Positions 19,043 through 47,749 of a stretch of DNA of 64,000 nucleotides are shown here, in pieces. Where the stretch lies: positions 11,966,001 through 12,030,000 of the forward strand of contig NC_090419.1 of NCBI RefSeq assembly GCF_036365525.1, written 5' to 3'. A program made the translations under genes and the position numbers. The notes under the pieces were generated by a model. It worked only from the letters and a program-made list of their open reading frames with translations. It was not told where the DNA came from and made no database searches. The stretch is from Heterodontus francisci. Taxonomy: Eukaryota. Position 1 is the first letter of the stretch. Each line of letters opens with the position of its first letter.

Positions 19043-19994
19043 GAGGAGTGAATACGAGAGTATTTATGAAGTAAGAAAGCAATGCCTAATGCAGTCGGTG
19101 GAACTGCAAGGAGAAGCAACGCATTCCGTCACAGTATCATGTGGATCCCGTCCACTTGCTATGGAACCCTGTGTTCCACGTGCTCCCACATTACCTGTGG
19201 CTTTTCCACTGCCTTTAGCGCCTGTGGATAGTCTTTATCCCTGTGCCTTCTCCCTCCCTCTGGACTCCCCTCTCCCTGTGGGTTTCCTCAATTCCAGCTT
19301 ATCTGTTTCTCAGTGTGAGCTGCTCACTGTCTGAGGAATTGTACATAGTCCTGAAAGATCCCACATTCTTGAGCATCATTGTCCTGTGGATCCCTCACCC
19401 TGTGGATTATCATGCCCCGTAATGGAGTTCCCTCTCTCTGTTCATGCTCCTCTTCCCATAGTTCTCCTCTACATGTGGACTCCCTATCTGCCTGTGAATT
19501 CCTCTCTCTCTCCACTTGAATCTCTCTTTGTCCCTGTGGGTTCCACCCTACCTTTGGATTTCCTGTCTTGATTCCCGTTCTCACTCTGTGATTCATCACT
19601 CACTCTCATTCTGAACTTCATGATACTTCTCTTTCTATGGATCCCTTCCATCTCCTTTCAATCATTCAGTCCAAGTCCATCCTTCTCTCTTCCAGTAGAT
19701 TCCTTCTCTTTGTGGATTTCACCACTCTGAGTAGATTTCTTCCTGCCCGTACATTTGCAATTCCTTCTGGTATCTTGCTTCTCTGTGGAGATCCCTTTTA
19801 CCTTCAGATCTCTTCTCTATCCCTATGGATTCCCCCTTTCGATCCCTGTGAATATCCCTTGCCCACTCGAATGTCCTCCCTCTAAGTGGAATTCCTCCTT
19901 CTCTCCCATGGTAGGACATTACACCCCCTGTCTCCTTGTAGATCTCCCCTCACTGTCCCTATAGAGAGCCCCTCCCTATGGGTCCCTTCTCTTT

Positions 19995-20588
19995 GGAGCT
20001 GAACTCAAGAGATGAGGTGAGAGTGAGTGCATTTTACATCAAGGCAGTATTTGACTGAGTTTGGCATCAAGGAGCCCTAGCAAAACTGGAGTCAATGGGA
20101 ATCGGGGGAAAACTCTGCGACACTTGGAGTCGTACCTAGCACACAGGAAGATGATTGTTGTTGTTGGAGGTCAATCAGCCCAGCCCCAGGACATCACTGC
20201 AGGAGTTCCTCAGGATATTGTCCTCAGGCCAACCATCTTCAGCTCCTTCATCAATGACCGTCCCTCCATCATAACGTCAGCAATGGGGATGTTCACTGAT
20301 GATTGCACAAGGTTCAGCACCATTCACAACTCCTCAGATACTGAAGTGGTCCGTGTAGGAATGCAGCAAGACCTGGACAATATCCAGGCTTGGGCTGATA
20401 AGTGGCAAGTAACATTCGCTCCACACATATGCCAGTCACTGACCATCTCCAACAGGAGTGAATCTAACCATCACCCGTTGACATTCAATGGCATTATGAT
20501 CGCTGAATCCCCCACTGTCAACATCCTGTGGTTACCATTGACCAGAAACTGAACTGGAGTAGCCATATAAGTACTTTGGCTGCAAGAG
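19995..20588 (+). mobile_element. host LINE RT fragment, uninterrupted (empty site)
   Basis: ORF 20061-20552 reads continuously GVPQDIVLRP...MFTDDCTRFST...WADKWQVTFAP. Confidence 0.85.
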
Positions 20589-21543
20589 CATAGATATATA
20601 TATTGATATATATATATACACACATGTGGAATACTCTCTATTTGCAACCAAGCCATTTCTTGCCCATTAATCAGATCACTATATCTATCAAATTTCCAGC
20701 TATCAGATCCCAATCTGTGCAACCCACCAACAATCCGCATCAATCGGCCCCACCTCTTAGATTCCCATCAATCCATCCACTTTCTGTCAGATCTCATAAA
20801 TCAAATGCCCAGAAATCCATCCCTCGTACATCAGACCCCCCACCCAGCTGACCCCAATCCATTATTTTCCATCATTCTGACCCCCATCTATCAGACCCCA
20901 TTCTGTCAAACTTTATCAGTGACATGCATCAATCAGACCCACGTTTATGGTATCCTAACAATCGAATTCCCACCCACATTACTCAGATTCCCATCTATTA
21001 GACTCCATCAATGTGAATCCCATCTATCAGATTCCCATCATGCAGAGCCTCATTAATCAGACTCATATTTATCAGACCCTATTGATCAGAATCCCCTCAA
21101 ACTGATCTCCAATACTACATTTCCAATCGATCAGACCCCTCCTCCCCCCCCTATAAGATCCCATGCAGAGAGACCCATATTAATCAGTCCCATTATCAGT
21201 CAGAGCCACCAGGATCAGTGGACAGTGTTTTAATGACTGGAGTGCTCTGTGACTCCTGGTCTGCAGCCCTGTGGAGTTTGATTAACCCACTTTCTGGGTC
21301 ATTGATCCTCTTTTATTATCTTCAGTCTTCTTCTTTTACACTGTGCTTCTCACTCTCTTGTCATGCATTTAAGGCTTTTAAATAAACACACACACCCAAA
21401 AGCATTTAAAAATAAATTTATTCTCAAATATAATTTATAACATCAATGTGAAATAGATTTAAAATCTTTTTACTCTCTAAATCAATATTATTCTATCACG
21501 TCAATGTGAAATAAAATCTTTTTACTATCTAAACTAATGAATA

Positions 21544-25005
<3,462 letters not shown>

Positions 25006-26664
25006 GATCTCCTTCTGTTCTTACAGCTCCTGAGAATGTGCTTTGTGTTGACCCTCCCACTATTTATACTGTGCCCAGTAGAACATTCCAATCAATTGAA
25101 CCAGGATCTGATTGGCCTCTGAGAACAAAAGAGTGTGTAACAATTGCACAGATGATACAATGGTGCTCAGTGGTGATTGGTTCTTTGTGCAAAAGGCGGA
25201 ACTAAGGGTTCGCAACAATCTATTATTGGAGGAGCACGAAACAACAAGGAGCCATTTTTGTAAATTAGATCTCCATCAATCAATTCATGATTAAAAAGGC
25301 AGCCACCAATCAGGGCCACCTCAATCACACTCAATCCATCAGATCAGAATCAACCCCACAGATCAATCACACACCATCAGTCACAACCATGTCAATCAGA
25401 TTTTCATCTCTTCCATCCGTCACATCTGTCAGATCCCCAGAAATCAGACCCCCTTCACACAGGCCTGCACTAAAGGAACCCCATCATTCAGACTCTGTCA
25501 ATCATACACTCATTAAACAGATCCCCTCGCTCAGATTCCCATCAATCAGACCTCAGGGACCAGAGACCCATCTTTCAGATGCTCAGCATTGGTCATATTG
25601 CTGTTTGGCATGCAGGTAGTCCTCTGTCTCACGGGAGAAGGCATTCAAGAGTTATTGCCACGGCCAATGGGCTTTTCACTGGGCATCTGCGTGTCCGGCG
25701 AATACTAGAATATTTATACAGTAAGAGAGCAATGCCTAATGCAATCGGTGGAGCTGGAAGGGGAAGCAACGCATTCCGTCATGGTATCCTGTGGAACCTG
25801 TCCACTTGCTATCTTCCACATGCTCCCACATTACCTGTGGCTTTCCCACTGCCTTTAGTGCCTGTGGACAGTCTTTATCCCTGTGCCTTCTCCCTCCCTC
25901 TGGACTCCCCTCTCCCTGTGGGTTTCCTCAATTCCAGTTTATCTGTTTCTCAGTGTGAGCTGCTCACTGTTTGAGGAACTGTACATAGTCGTGAAAAATC
26001 CCACACTCTTTGAGCATCATTGTCCTGTGGATCCCTCAACCTGTGGATTATCATGCCCCTTAATGGAGTTCCCTCTCCCTGTTCATGCTCCTCTTCGCGT
26101 GGTTCCTCTCTCCCTGTGGACTGCTCTCTACATGTGGACTCCCTATCTGCCTGTGAATTCCTCTTCTCTCTCCACTTAGATCTCTCTCCCTGTGGGTTCC
26201 GCCCTCCCTTTGGATTTCCCCTCCCCCTATTGATTCCCGTTCTCACTCTGTGATTCATCACTCACTCTCATTCTGCACTTCATGATACTTCTCTCTCTAT
26301 GGAACCCTCCCATCTCCTTTCGATCATTCAGTCCAAGTCCATCCTTCTCTCTTCTCTTCTCTTTGTGGATTTCACCACTCCTAGTAGATTTCTTCCTGCC
26401 CGTACATTTGCAATTCCTTCTGGCATCTTCCTTCTCCATGGAGATCCCTTTTACGTTCAGATCTTTTTTCTATCCCTGTGGATCCTATTTTCCTATGGAT
26501 TCCCCCTTTCGATCCCTGTGAATATCCCTTGCCCACTCGAATGTCCTCCCTTTAAGTGGAATTCCTCCTTCTCTCCCATGGTAGGACATTACACCTCCTG
26601 TCTCCTTGTGGACCTCCCCTCACTGTCCCTATGGAGAGCCCCTCCCTATGGGTCCGTTCTCTTT

Positions 26665-28308
26665 GGAGCTGAACTCAAGAGATGAGGTGAGAGTGAGTGC
26701 CCTTGACATCAAGGCAACATTTGACTGAGTGTGGTATCAAGGAGCCCTAGCAAAACTGGAGTCAATGGGAATCAGGGGGAAAACTCTGTGACACTTGGAG
26801 TCGTACCTAGCACACAGGAAGATGTTTCTTGTTGTTGGAGGTCAATCATCTCAGTCCCAGGACATCACTGCAGGTGTTCCTCAGGGTATTGTCCTCGGAC
26901 CACCCATCTTCAGCTACTTCATCAATGACCTTCCCTCCATCATAAGGTCAGAAGTGGGGATGTTTACTGATGTGTCTTTTTCTGGTTGACAAGATGTAAA
27001 GTGTGGTGTGCACAGGGATCTGTGCTGGGGCCTCAACATTTTACAATTTATATCAATGACTTAGATGAAGGGACCGAAGGTATGGTTGCTCAATTTGCTG
27101 ATGACACAAAAGTAGGTAGGAAAGTAACTTGGGAAGAGGACATAAGGAGGCTACAAAGGGATAGAGATAACTTAAGTGAGTGGGCAAAGACCTGGAAAAT
27201 GAAGTATAATGTGGGAAAGTGTGAAATTGTCCACTTTGGAAGGAAGAATAAAAAAGAAGCATGTTATCTAAATGGTGAGAGATTGCAGAGCTCTGAGATG
27301 CAGAGGGATCTAGGTGTCCTAGTGCATGAATTGCAAAAGGTTAATATGCAGGTACAGCATGTAATTAGGAAAGCTAATAGAATCTTATCGTTTATCGCGA
27401 GGGGAATTGAATACAAAAGTAGGGAGGTTATGCTTCAGCTATACAAGGCATGAGTAAGACCACATCTGGAGTACTGTGTACAGTACTGGTCTCCTTATTT
27501 AAGGAAGGATGTAAATGCGTTGGAGGCAGTACAGAGAAGGTTTACTAGACTAATACCGGGATTGGGCGGGCTATCTTGTGAGGAAAGGTTGGACAGGCTA
27601 GGCTTGTATCTACTGGAGTTTAGAAGAGTAAGAGGCGACCTGATTGAAACATATAAGATCCTAAGGTCTTGACAGGGTGGATGTGGAAAGATTGTTTCCC
27701 CTTGTGGGAGAATCTAGAACTGGGGGTCACGGTTTAGAAATAAGGGGTCGCCCATTTAAGACAGAGATGAGATGAACTTTGTTCTCTCATAGGGTCGTGA
27801 ATCTTTGGAATTCTCTTCCTGAAAAAGCAGTGGAAGCAGAGTCCATGAATATTTTAACGCAGAGATAGATAGATTCTTGGGAAGCAAGGGGGTGGAAGGT
27901 TATCAGGGTGGGTAGGTGGAAATGTGGTGTAATCAGTTCAGCCATAAACTTATTGCGTGGCGGAGCAGGCCCGAAGGGCCAAGTGGCCTACTCCTGCTCC
28001 TAATTGTATGTTCATATGATTGCACAATGTTCAGCACCATTTGCAACTCCTCAGATACTGAAGCAGTCCGTGCAAGAATGCAGCAAGACCTGCACAATAT
28101 CCAAACTTGGGCTGATAAGTGGCAAGTAACAGTCGCGCCACACAAGTGCCAGGCAATGACCATTTCAAACAGAAGAGTATCTAACCATCTCCCCTTGACA
28201 TTCAATGGCATTACCCCACTATCAGTACCCCACTATCAACATCCTGGGGGTTACTATTGACCAGAAACTGAACTGGAGTAGCCATATAAGTACAGTGGCT
28301 GCAAGAGC
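26665..28308 (+). mobile_element. host LINE fragment with nested CR1 (26973-28015)
   Basis: ORFs 26795-26989, 26986-27453 and 27916-28260; same junctions as in spacers 1 and 2. Confidence 0.85.
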
Positions 28309-29227
28309 ATAGATATATGTATATATACACGTATGGAATACTCTGCACTTGCAGCCAAGTAATTTCTACCCATCAATCAGATAACCATCTATCAAATTTC
28401 CAGGTATCAGGTCCCAATCTGAGCAACCACCAACAATCTGCAATGATTGGCCCCATCTCCACTTTCTATTGGATCTCATAAATCAAATGCCCAGAAATCC
28501 ATCCCTCATACATCAGACTCCCACCCATCTGACCCCAATCCATCATTTTCCATCATTCTGACCCCCATCTATCAGACCCCGTTCTGTCAAACTTTGTCAG
28601 TGACATACATCAATCAGACCCACGTTTATGGTATCCTAGCAATCGAATTCCCACCCACATTACTCAGATTCCCATCTATTAGACTCCATCAATGTGAATC
28701 CCATCTATCAGATTCCCATCATGCAGAGCCTCATTAATCAGACTCACATTTATCAGACCCTATTGATCAGAATCCCCTCAAACTGATCTCCAATACTACA
28801 TTTCCAATCGATCAGACACCACCCCCACCCCCCCCTATCAGATCCCATGCAGAGAGACCCATATTAATCAGTCCCATTATCAATCAGAGCCACCAGGATC
28901 AGTGGACAATGTTTTAATGACTGGAGTGCTCTGTGACTCCTGGTCTGCAGCCCTGTGGAGTTTGATTAACCCACTTTCTGGGTCATTGATCCTCTTTTAT
29001 TATCTTCAGTCTTCTTCTTTTACACTGTGCTTCTCACTCTCTTGTCATGCATTTAAGGCTTTTAAATCAACACACACACCCAAAATCATTGAAAAATAAA
29101 TTTATTCTCAAATATAATTTATAACATCAATGTGAAATAGATTTTAAATCTTTTTACTCTCTAAATCAATATTATTCTATCACGTCAATGTGAAATAAAA
29201 TCTTTTTACTATCTAAACTAATGAATA

Positions 29228-32631
<3,404 letters not shown>

Positions 32632-34375
32632 GATCTCCTTCTGTTCTTACAGCTCCTGAGAATGTGCTTTGTGTTGACCCTCCCACTATTTATACTGTGC
32701 CCAGTAGAACATTCCAATCAGTTGAACCAGGCTCTGATTGGCCTCTGAGAACAAAAGAGTGTGTAACAGTTGCAAAGATGATACAGTGGTGCTCAGTGGT
32801 GATTGGTTCTTTGTGCAAAAGGCGGAACTAAGGGTTCGCAACAATCTATTATTGGAGGAGCACTAGGCAACAAGGAGCCATTTTTGTAAATCAGATCTCC
32901 ATCAATCAATTCAGGATTTAAAACATAGCCACCAATCAGGGCCACCTCAATCACACTCAATCCATCAGATCCCAATCAACCCCTCTGATCAAACACAAGC
33001 TATTAGACACAACCGTGTCAATCAGATTTTCATCTCTTCCATCCGTCACATCTGTCAGTCACTCTTCCCTCAAACAGGCAGGCATCAACATGACTCCCAT
33101 CTGTCAGATCCCCAAAAATCAGACCCTCTTAACACAGGCCTGCACCAAAGAAAGCCCATCATTCAGACCCTGTCAGTCATACACTCATTACACAGAGCCC
33201 CTCGCTCAGATTCCCATCAATCAGACCACAGGGACCAGAGACCCATCTTTCAGATGCTCAGCATTTCTCATATTGCTATCTGGCATGCAGGTAGTCCTCT
33301 GTTGCAGCTTCACCAGGTTGGCACCTCACCCCCGTCTCACGGAAGAAGGTATTCACGAAGTCATTGCCACGACCAATTGTCTTTTCTGTCAATCTGCACT
33401 GATCTGGCTAATGTGGATCGAAAGACACAAGAGGAGTGAATACGAGAGTATTTATGAAGTAAGAAAGCAATGCCTAATGCAGTCGGTGGAACTGCAAGGA
33501 GAAGCAACGCATTCCGTCACAGTATCATGTGGATCCCGTCCACGTGCTCCCACATTACCTGTGGCTTTTCCACTGCCTTTAGCGCCTGTGGATAGTCTTT
33601 ATCCCTGTGCCTTCTCCCTCCCTCTGGACTCCCCTCTCCCTGTGGGTTTCCTCAATTCCAGCTTATCTGTTTCTCAGTGTGAGCTGCTCACTGTCTGAGG
33701 AATTGTACATAGTCCTGAAAGATCCCACATTCTTGAGCATCATTGTCCTGTGGATCCCTCACCCTGTGGATTATCATGCCCCGTAATGGAGTTCCCTCTC
33801 TCTGTTCATGCTCCTCTTCCCATAGTTCTCCTCTACATGTGGACTCCCTATCTGCCTGTGAATTCCTCTTCTGTCTCCACTTGAATCTCTCTTTGTCCCT
33901 GTGGGTTCCACCCTACCTTTGGATTTCCTGTCTTGATTCCCATTCTCACTCTGTGATTCATCACTCACTCTCATTCTGAACTTCATGATACTTCTCTTTC
34001 TATGGATCCCTTCCATCTCCTTTCAATCATTCAATCCAAGTCCATCCTTCTCTCTTCCAGTAGATTCCTTCTCTTTGTGGATTTCACCACTCTGAGTAGA
34101 TTTCTTCCTGCCCGTACATTTGCAATTCCTTCTGGTATCTTGCTTCTCTGTGGAGATCCCTTTTACCTTCAGATCTCTTCTCTATCCCTGTGGATCCTAT
34201 TTCCTATGGATTCCCCCTTTCGATCCCTGTGAATATCCCTTACCCACTCGAATGTCCTCCCTCTAAGTGGAATTCCTCCTTCTCTCCCATGGTAGGACAT
34301 TACACCCCCTGTCTCCTTGTAGATCTCCCCTCACTGTCCCTATGGAGAGCCCCTCCCTATGGGTCCCTTCTCTTT

Positions 34376-34970
34376 GGAGCTGAACTCAAGAGATGAGGTG
34401 AGAGTGAGTGCATTTTACATCAAGGCAGTATTTGACTGAGTTTGGCATCAAGGAGCTCTAGCAAAACTGGAGTCAATGGGAATCGGGGGAAAACTCTGCG
34501 ACACTTGGAGTCGTACCTAGCACACAGGAAGATGATTGTTGTTGTTGGAGGTCAATCAGCCCAGCCCCGGGACATCACTGCAGGAGTTCCTCAGGATATT
34601 GTCCTCAGGCCAACCATCTTCAGCTCCTTCATCAATGACCGTCCCTCCATCATAACGTCAGCAATGGGGATGTTCACTGATGATTGCACAAGGTTCAGCA
34701 CCATTCACAACTCCTCAGATACTGAAGTGGTCCGTGTAGGAATGCAGCAAGACCTGGACAATATCCAGGCTTGGGCTGATAAGTGGCAAGTAACATTCGC
34801 TCCACACATATGCCAGTCACTGACCATCTCCAACAGGAGTGAATCTAACCATCACCCGTTGACATTCAATGGCATTATGATCGCTGAATCCCCCACTGTC
34901 AACATCCTGGGGTTACCATTGACCAGAAACTGAACTGGAGTAGCCATATCAGTACTTTGGCTGCAAGAGC
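34376..34970 (+). mobile_element. host LINE RT fragment, uninterrupted
   Basis: ORF 34442-34933 is near-identical to 20061-20552. Confidence 0.85.
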
Positions 34971-35922
34971 ATAGATATATATATTGATATATATATATAC
35001 ACACATATGGAATACTCTCTATTTGCAACCAAGCCATTTCTTGCCCATTAATCAGATCACTATATCTATCAAATTTCCAGCTATCAGATCCCAATCTGTG
35101 CAACCCACCAACAATCCGCATCAATCGGCCCCACCTCTTAGATTCCCATCAATCCATCCACTTTCTGTCAGATCTCATAAATCAAATGCCCAGAAATCCA
35201 TCCCTCGTACATCAGATCCCCCACCCAGTTGACCCCAATCCATTATTTTCCATCATTCTGACCCCCATCTATCAGACCCCATTCTGTCAAACTTTATCAG
35301 TGACATGCATCAATCAGACCCACGTTTATGGTATCCTAACAATCGAATTCCCACCCACATTACTCAGATTCCCATCTATTAGACTCCATCAATGTGAATC
35401 CCATCTATCAGATTCCCATCATGCAGAGCCTCATTAATCAGACTCATATTTATCAGACCCTATTGATCAGAATCCCCTCAAACTGATCTCCAATACTACA
35501 TTTCCAATCGATCAGACCCCTCCTCCCCCCCTATAAGATCCCATGCAGAGAGACCCATATTAATCAGTCCCATTATCAGTCAGAGCCACCAGGATCAGTG
35601 GACAGTGTTTTAATGACTGGAGTGCTCTGTGACTCCTGGTCTGCAGCCCTGTGGAGTTTGATTAACCCACTTTCTGGGTCATTGATCCTCTTATTATCTT
35701 CAGTCTTCTTCTTTTACACTGTGCTTCTCACTCTCTTGTCATGCATTTATGGCTTTTTAAATCAACACACACACCCAAAATCATTGAAAAATAAATTTAT
35801 TCTCAAATATAATTTATAACATCAATGTGAAATAGATTTAAAATCTTTTTACTCTCTAAATCAATATTATTCCATAACATCAATGTGAAATAAAATCTTT
35901 TTACTATCTAAACTAATGAATA

Positions 35923-39326
<3,404 letters not shown>

Positions 39327-41077
39327 GATCTCCTTCTGTTCTTACAGCTCCTGAGAATGTGCTTTGTGTTGACCCTCCCACTATTTATACTGTGCCCAGT
39401 AGAACATTCCAATCAGTTGAACCAGGCTCTGATTGGCCTCTGAGAACAAAAGAGTGTGTAACAGTTGCAAAGATGATACAGTGGTGCTCAGTGGTGATTG
39501 GTTCTTTGTGCAAAAGGCGGAACTAAGGGTTCGCAACAATCTATTATTGGAGGAGCACTAGGCAACAAGGAGCCATTTTTGTAAATCAGATCTCCATCAA
39601 TCAATTCAGGATTTAAAACATAGCCACCAATCAGGGCCACCTCAATCACACTCAATCCATCAGATCCCAATCAACCCCTCTGATCAAACACAAGCTATCA
39701 GACACAACCGTGTCAATCAGATTTTCATCTCTTCCATCCGTCACATCTGTCAGTCACTCTTCCCTCAAACAGGCAGGCATCAACATGACTCCCATCTGTC
39801 AGATCCCCAGAAATCAGACCCCCTTAACACAGGCCTGCACCAAAGAAAGCCCATCATTCAGACCCTGTCAGTCATACACTCATTACACAGAGCCCCTCGC
39901 TCAGATTCCCATCAATCAGACCACAGGGACCAGAGACCCATCTTTCAGATGCTCAGCATTTCTCATATTGCTATCTGGCATGCAGGTAGTCCTCTGTTGC
40001 AGCTTCACCAGGTTGGCACCTCACCCCCGTCTCACGGAAGAAGGTATTCACGAAGTCATTGCCACGACCAATTGTCTTTTCTGTCGATCTGCACTGATCT
40101 GGCTAATGTGGATCGAAAGACACAAGAGGAGTGAATACGAGAGTATTTATGAAGTAAGAAAGCAATGCCTAATGCAGTCGGTGGAACTGCAAGGAGAAGC
40201 AACGCATTCCGTCACAGTATCATGTGGATCCCGTCCACTTGCTATGGAACCCTGTGTTCCACGTGCTCCCACATTACCTGTGGCTTTTCCACTGCCTTTA
40301 GCGCCTGTGGATAGTCTTTATCCCTGTGCCTTCTCCCTCCCTCTGGACTCCCCTCTCCCTGTGGGTTTCCTCAATTCCAGCTTATCTGTTTCTCAGTGTG
40401 AGCTGCTCACTGTCTGAGGAATTGTACATAGTCCTGAAAGATCCCACATTCTTGAGCATCATTGTCCTGTGGATCCCTCACCCTGTGGATTATCATGCCC
40501 CGTAATGGAGTTCCCTCTCTCTGTTCATGCTCCTCTTCCCATAGTTCTCCTCTACATGTGGACTCCCTATCTGCCTGTGAATTCCTCTCTCTCTCCACTT
40601 GAATCTCTCTTTGTCCCTGTGGGTTCCACCCTACCTTTGGATTTCCTGTCTTGATTCCCGTTCTCACTCTGTGATTCATCACTCACTCTCATTCTGAACT
40701 TCATGATACTTCTCTTTCTATGGATCCCTTCCATCTCCTTTCAATCATTCAGTCCAAGTCCATCCTTCTCTCTTCCAGTAGATTCCTTCTCTTTGTGGAT
40801 TTCACCACTCTGAGTAGATTTCTTCCTGCCCGTACATTTGCAATTCCTTCTGGTATCTTGCTTCTCTGTGGAGATCCCTTTTACCTTCAGATCTCTTCTC
40901 TATCCCTATGGATTCCCCCTTTCGATCCCTGTGAATATCCCTTGCCCACTCGAATGTCCTCCCTCTAAGTGGAATTCCTCCTTCTCTCCCATGGTAGGAC
41001 ATTACACCCCCTGTCTCCTTGTAGATCTCCCCTCACTGTCCCTATAGAGAGCCCCTCCCTATGGGTCCCTTCTCTTT

Positions 41078-41672
41078 GGAGCTGAACTCAAGAGATGAGG
41101 TGAGAGTGAGTGCATTTTACATCAAGGCAGTATTTGACTGAGTTTGGCATCAAGGAGCCCTAGCAAAACTGGAGTCAATGGGAATCGGGGGAAAACTCTG
41201 CGACACTTGGAGTCGTACCTAGCACACAGGAAGATGATTGTTGTTGTTGGAGGTCAATCAGCCCAGCCCCAGGACATCACTGCAGGAGTTCCTCAGGATA
41301 TTGTCCTCAGGCCAACCATCTTCAGCTCCTTCATCAATGACCGTCCCTCCATCATAACGTCAGCAATGGGGATGTTCACTGATGATTGCACAAGGTTCAG
41401 CACCATTCACAACTCCTCAGATACTGAAGTGGTCCGTGTAGGAATGCAGCAAGACCTGGACAATATCCAGGCTTGGGCTGATAAGTGGCAAGTAACATTC
41501 GCTCCACACATATGCCAGTCACTGACCATCTCCAACAGGAGTGAATCTAACCATCACCCGTTGACATTCAATGGCATTATGATCGCTGAATCCCCCACTG
41601 TCAACATCCTGGGGTTACCATTGACCAGAAACTGAACTGGAGTAGCCATATAAGTACTTTGGCTGCAAGAGC
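41078..41672 (+). mobile_element. host LINE RT fragment, uninterrupted
   Basis: ORF 41144-41635 matches the other uninterrupted host fragments. Confidence 0.85.
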
Positions 41673-42626
41673 ATAGATATATATATTGATATATATATAT
41701 ACACACATGTGGAATACTCTCTATTTGCAACCAAGCCATTTCTTGCCCATTAATCAGATCACTATATCTATCAAATTTCCAGCTATCAGATCCCAATCTG
41801 TGCAACCCACCAACAATCCGCATCAATCGGCCCCACCTCTTAGATTCCCATCAATCCATCCACTTTCTGTCAGATCTCATAAATCAAATGCCCAGAAATC
41901 CATCCCTCGTACATCAGACCCCCCACCCAGCTGACCCCAATCCATTATTTTCCATCATTCTGACCCCCATCTATCAGACCCCATTCTGTCAAACTTTATC
42001 AGTGACATGCATCAATCAGACCCACGTTTATGGTATCCTAACAATCGAATTCCCACCCACATTACTCAGATTCCCATCTATTAGACTCCATCAATGTGAA
42101 TCCCATCTATCAGATTCCCATCATGCAGAGCCTCATTAATCAGACTCATATTTATCAGACCCTATTGATCAGAATCCCCTCAAACTGATCTCCAATACTA
42201 CATTTCCAATCGATCAGACCCCTCCTCCCCCCCCTATCAGATCCCATGCAGAGAGACCCATATTAATCAGTCCCATTATCAATCAGAGCCACCAGGATCA
42301 GTGGACAATGTTTTAATGACTGGAGTGCTCTGTGACTCCTGGTCTGCAGCCCTGTGGAGTTTGATTAACCCACTTTCTGGGTCATTGATCCTCTTTTATT
42401 ATCTTCAGTCTTCTTCTTTTACACTGTGCTTCTCACTCTCTTGTCATGCATTTAAGGCTTTTAAATAAACACACACACCCAAAAGCATTTAAAAATAAAT
42501 TTATTCTCAAATATAATTTATAACATCAATGTGAAATAGATTTAAAATCTTTTTACTCTCTAAATCAATATTATTCTATCACGTCAATGTGAAATAAAAT
42601 CTTTTTACTATCTAAACTAATGAATA

Positions 42627-46089
<3,463 letters not shown>

Positions 46090-47749
46090 GATCTCCTTCT
46101 GTTCTTACAGCTCCTGAGAATGTTCTGTGTGTTGACCCTCCCCCTATTTATACTGTGCCCAGTAGAACATTCCAATCAATTGAACCAGGATCTGATTGGC
46201 CTCTGAGAACAAAAGAGTGTGTAACAATTGCACAGATGATACAATGGTGCTCAGTGGTGATTGGTTCTTTGTGCAAAAGGCGGAACTAAGGGTTCGCAAC
46301 AATCTATTATTGGAGGAGCACGAAACAACAAGGAGCCATTTTTGTAAATTAGATCTCCATCAATCAATTCATGATTAAAAAGGCAGCCACCAATCAGGGC
46401 CACCTCAATCACACTCAATCCATCAGATCAGAATCAACCCCACAGATCAATCACACACCATCAGTCACAACCATGTTCAATCAGATTTTCATCTCTTCCA
46501 TCCGTCACATCTGTCAGATCCCCAGAAATCAGACCCCCTTCACACAGGCCTGCACTAAAGGAACCCCATCATTCAGACTCTGTCAATCATACACTCATTA
46601 AACAGATCCCCTCGCTCAGATTCCCATCAATCAGACCTCAGGGACCAGAGACCCATCTTTCAGATGCTCAGCATTGGTCATATTGCTGTTTGGCATGCAG
46701 GTAGTCCTCTGTCTCACGGGAGAAGGCATTCAAGAGTTATTGCCACGGCCAATGGGCTTTTCACTGGGCATCTGCGTGTCCGGCGAATACTAGAATATTT
46801 ATACAGTAAGAGAGCAATGCCTAATGCAATCGGTGGAGCTGGAAGGGGAAGCAACGCATTCCGTCATGGTATCCTGTGGAACCTGTCCACTTGCTATCTT
46901 CCACATGCTCCCACATTACCTGTGGCTTTCCCACTGCCTTTAGTGCCTGTGGACAGTCTTTATCCCTGTGCCTTCTCCCTCCCTCTGGACTCCCCTCTCC
47001 CTGTGGGTTTCCTCAATTCCAGTTTATCTGTTTCTCAGTGTGAGCTGCTCACTGTTTGAGGAACTGTACATAGTCGTGAAAAATCCCACACTCTTTGAGC
47101 ATCATTGTCCTGTGGATCCCTCAACCTGTGGATTATCATGCCCCTTAATGGAGTTCCCTCTCCCTGTTCATGCTCCTCTTCGCGTGGTTCCTCTCTCCCT
47201 GTGGACTGCTCTCTACATGTGGACTCCCTATCTGCCTGTGAATTCCTCTTCTCTCTCCACTTAGATCTCTCTCCCTGTGGGTTCCGCCCTCCCTTTGGAT
47301 TTCCCCTCCCCCTATTGATTCCCGTTCTCACTCTGTGATTCATCACTCACTCTCATTCTGCACTTCATGATACTTCTCTCTCTATGGAACCCTCCCATCT
47401 CCTTTCGATCATTCAGTCCAAGTCCATCCTTCTCTCTTCTCTTCTCTTTGTGGATTTCACCACTCCTAGTAGATTTCTTCCTGCCCGTACATTTGCAATT
47501 CCTTCTGGCATCTTCCTTCTCCATGGAGATCCCTTTTACGTTCAGATCTTTTTTCTATCCCTGTGGATCCTATTTTCCTATGGATTCCCCCTTTCGATCC
47601 CTGTGAATATCCCTTGCCCACTCGAATGTCCTCCCTTTAAGTGGAATTCCTCCTTCTCTCCCATGGTAGGACATTACACCCCCTGTCTCCTTGTGGACCT
47701 CCCCTCACTGTCCCTATGGAGAGCCCCTCCCTATGGGTCCGTTCTCTTT

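Noticed and set aside
18627-19334. 235-aa plus-strand ORF (also 33015-33698 and 39710-40417)
   Set aside because: It runs through low-complexity spacer and the antisense exon relic, has no recognisable domain, and is broken in other spacers. Its recurrence only reflects duplication.
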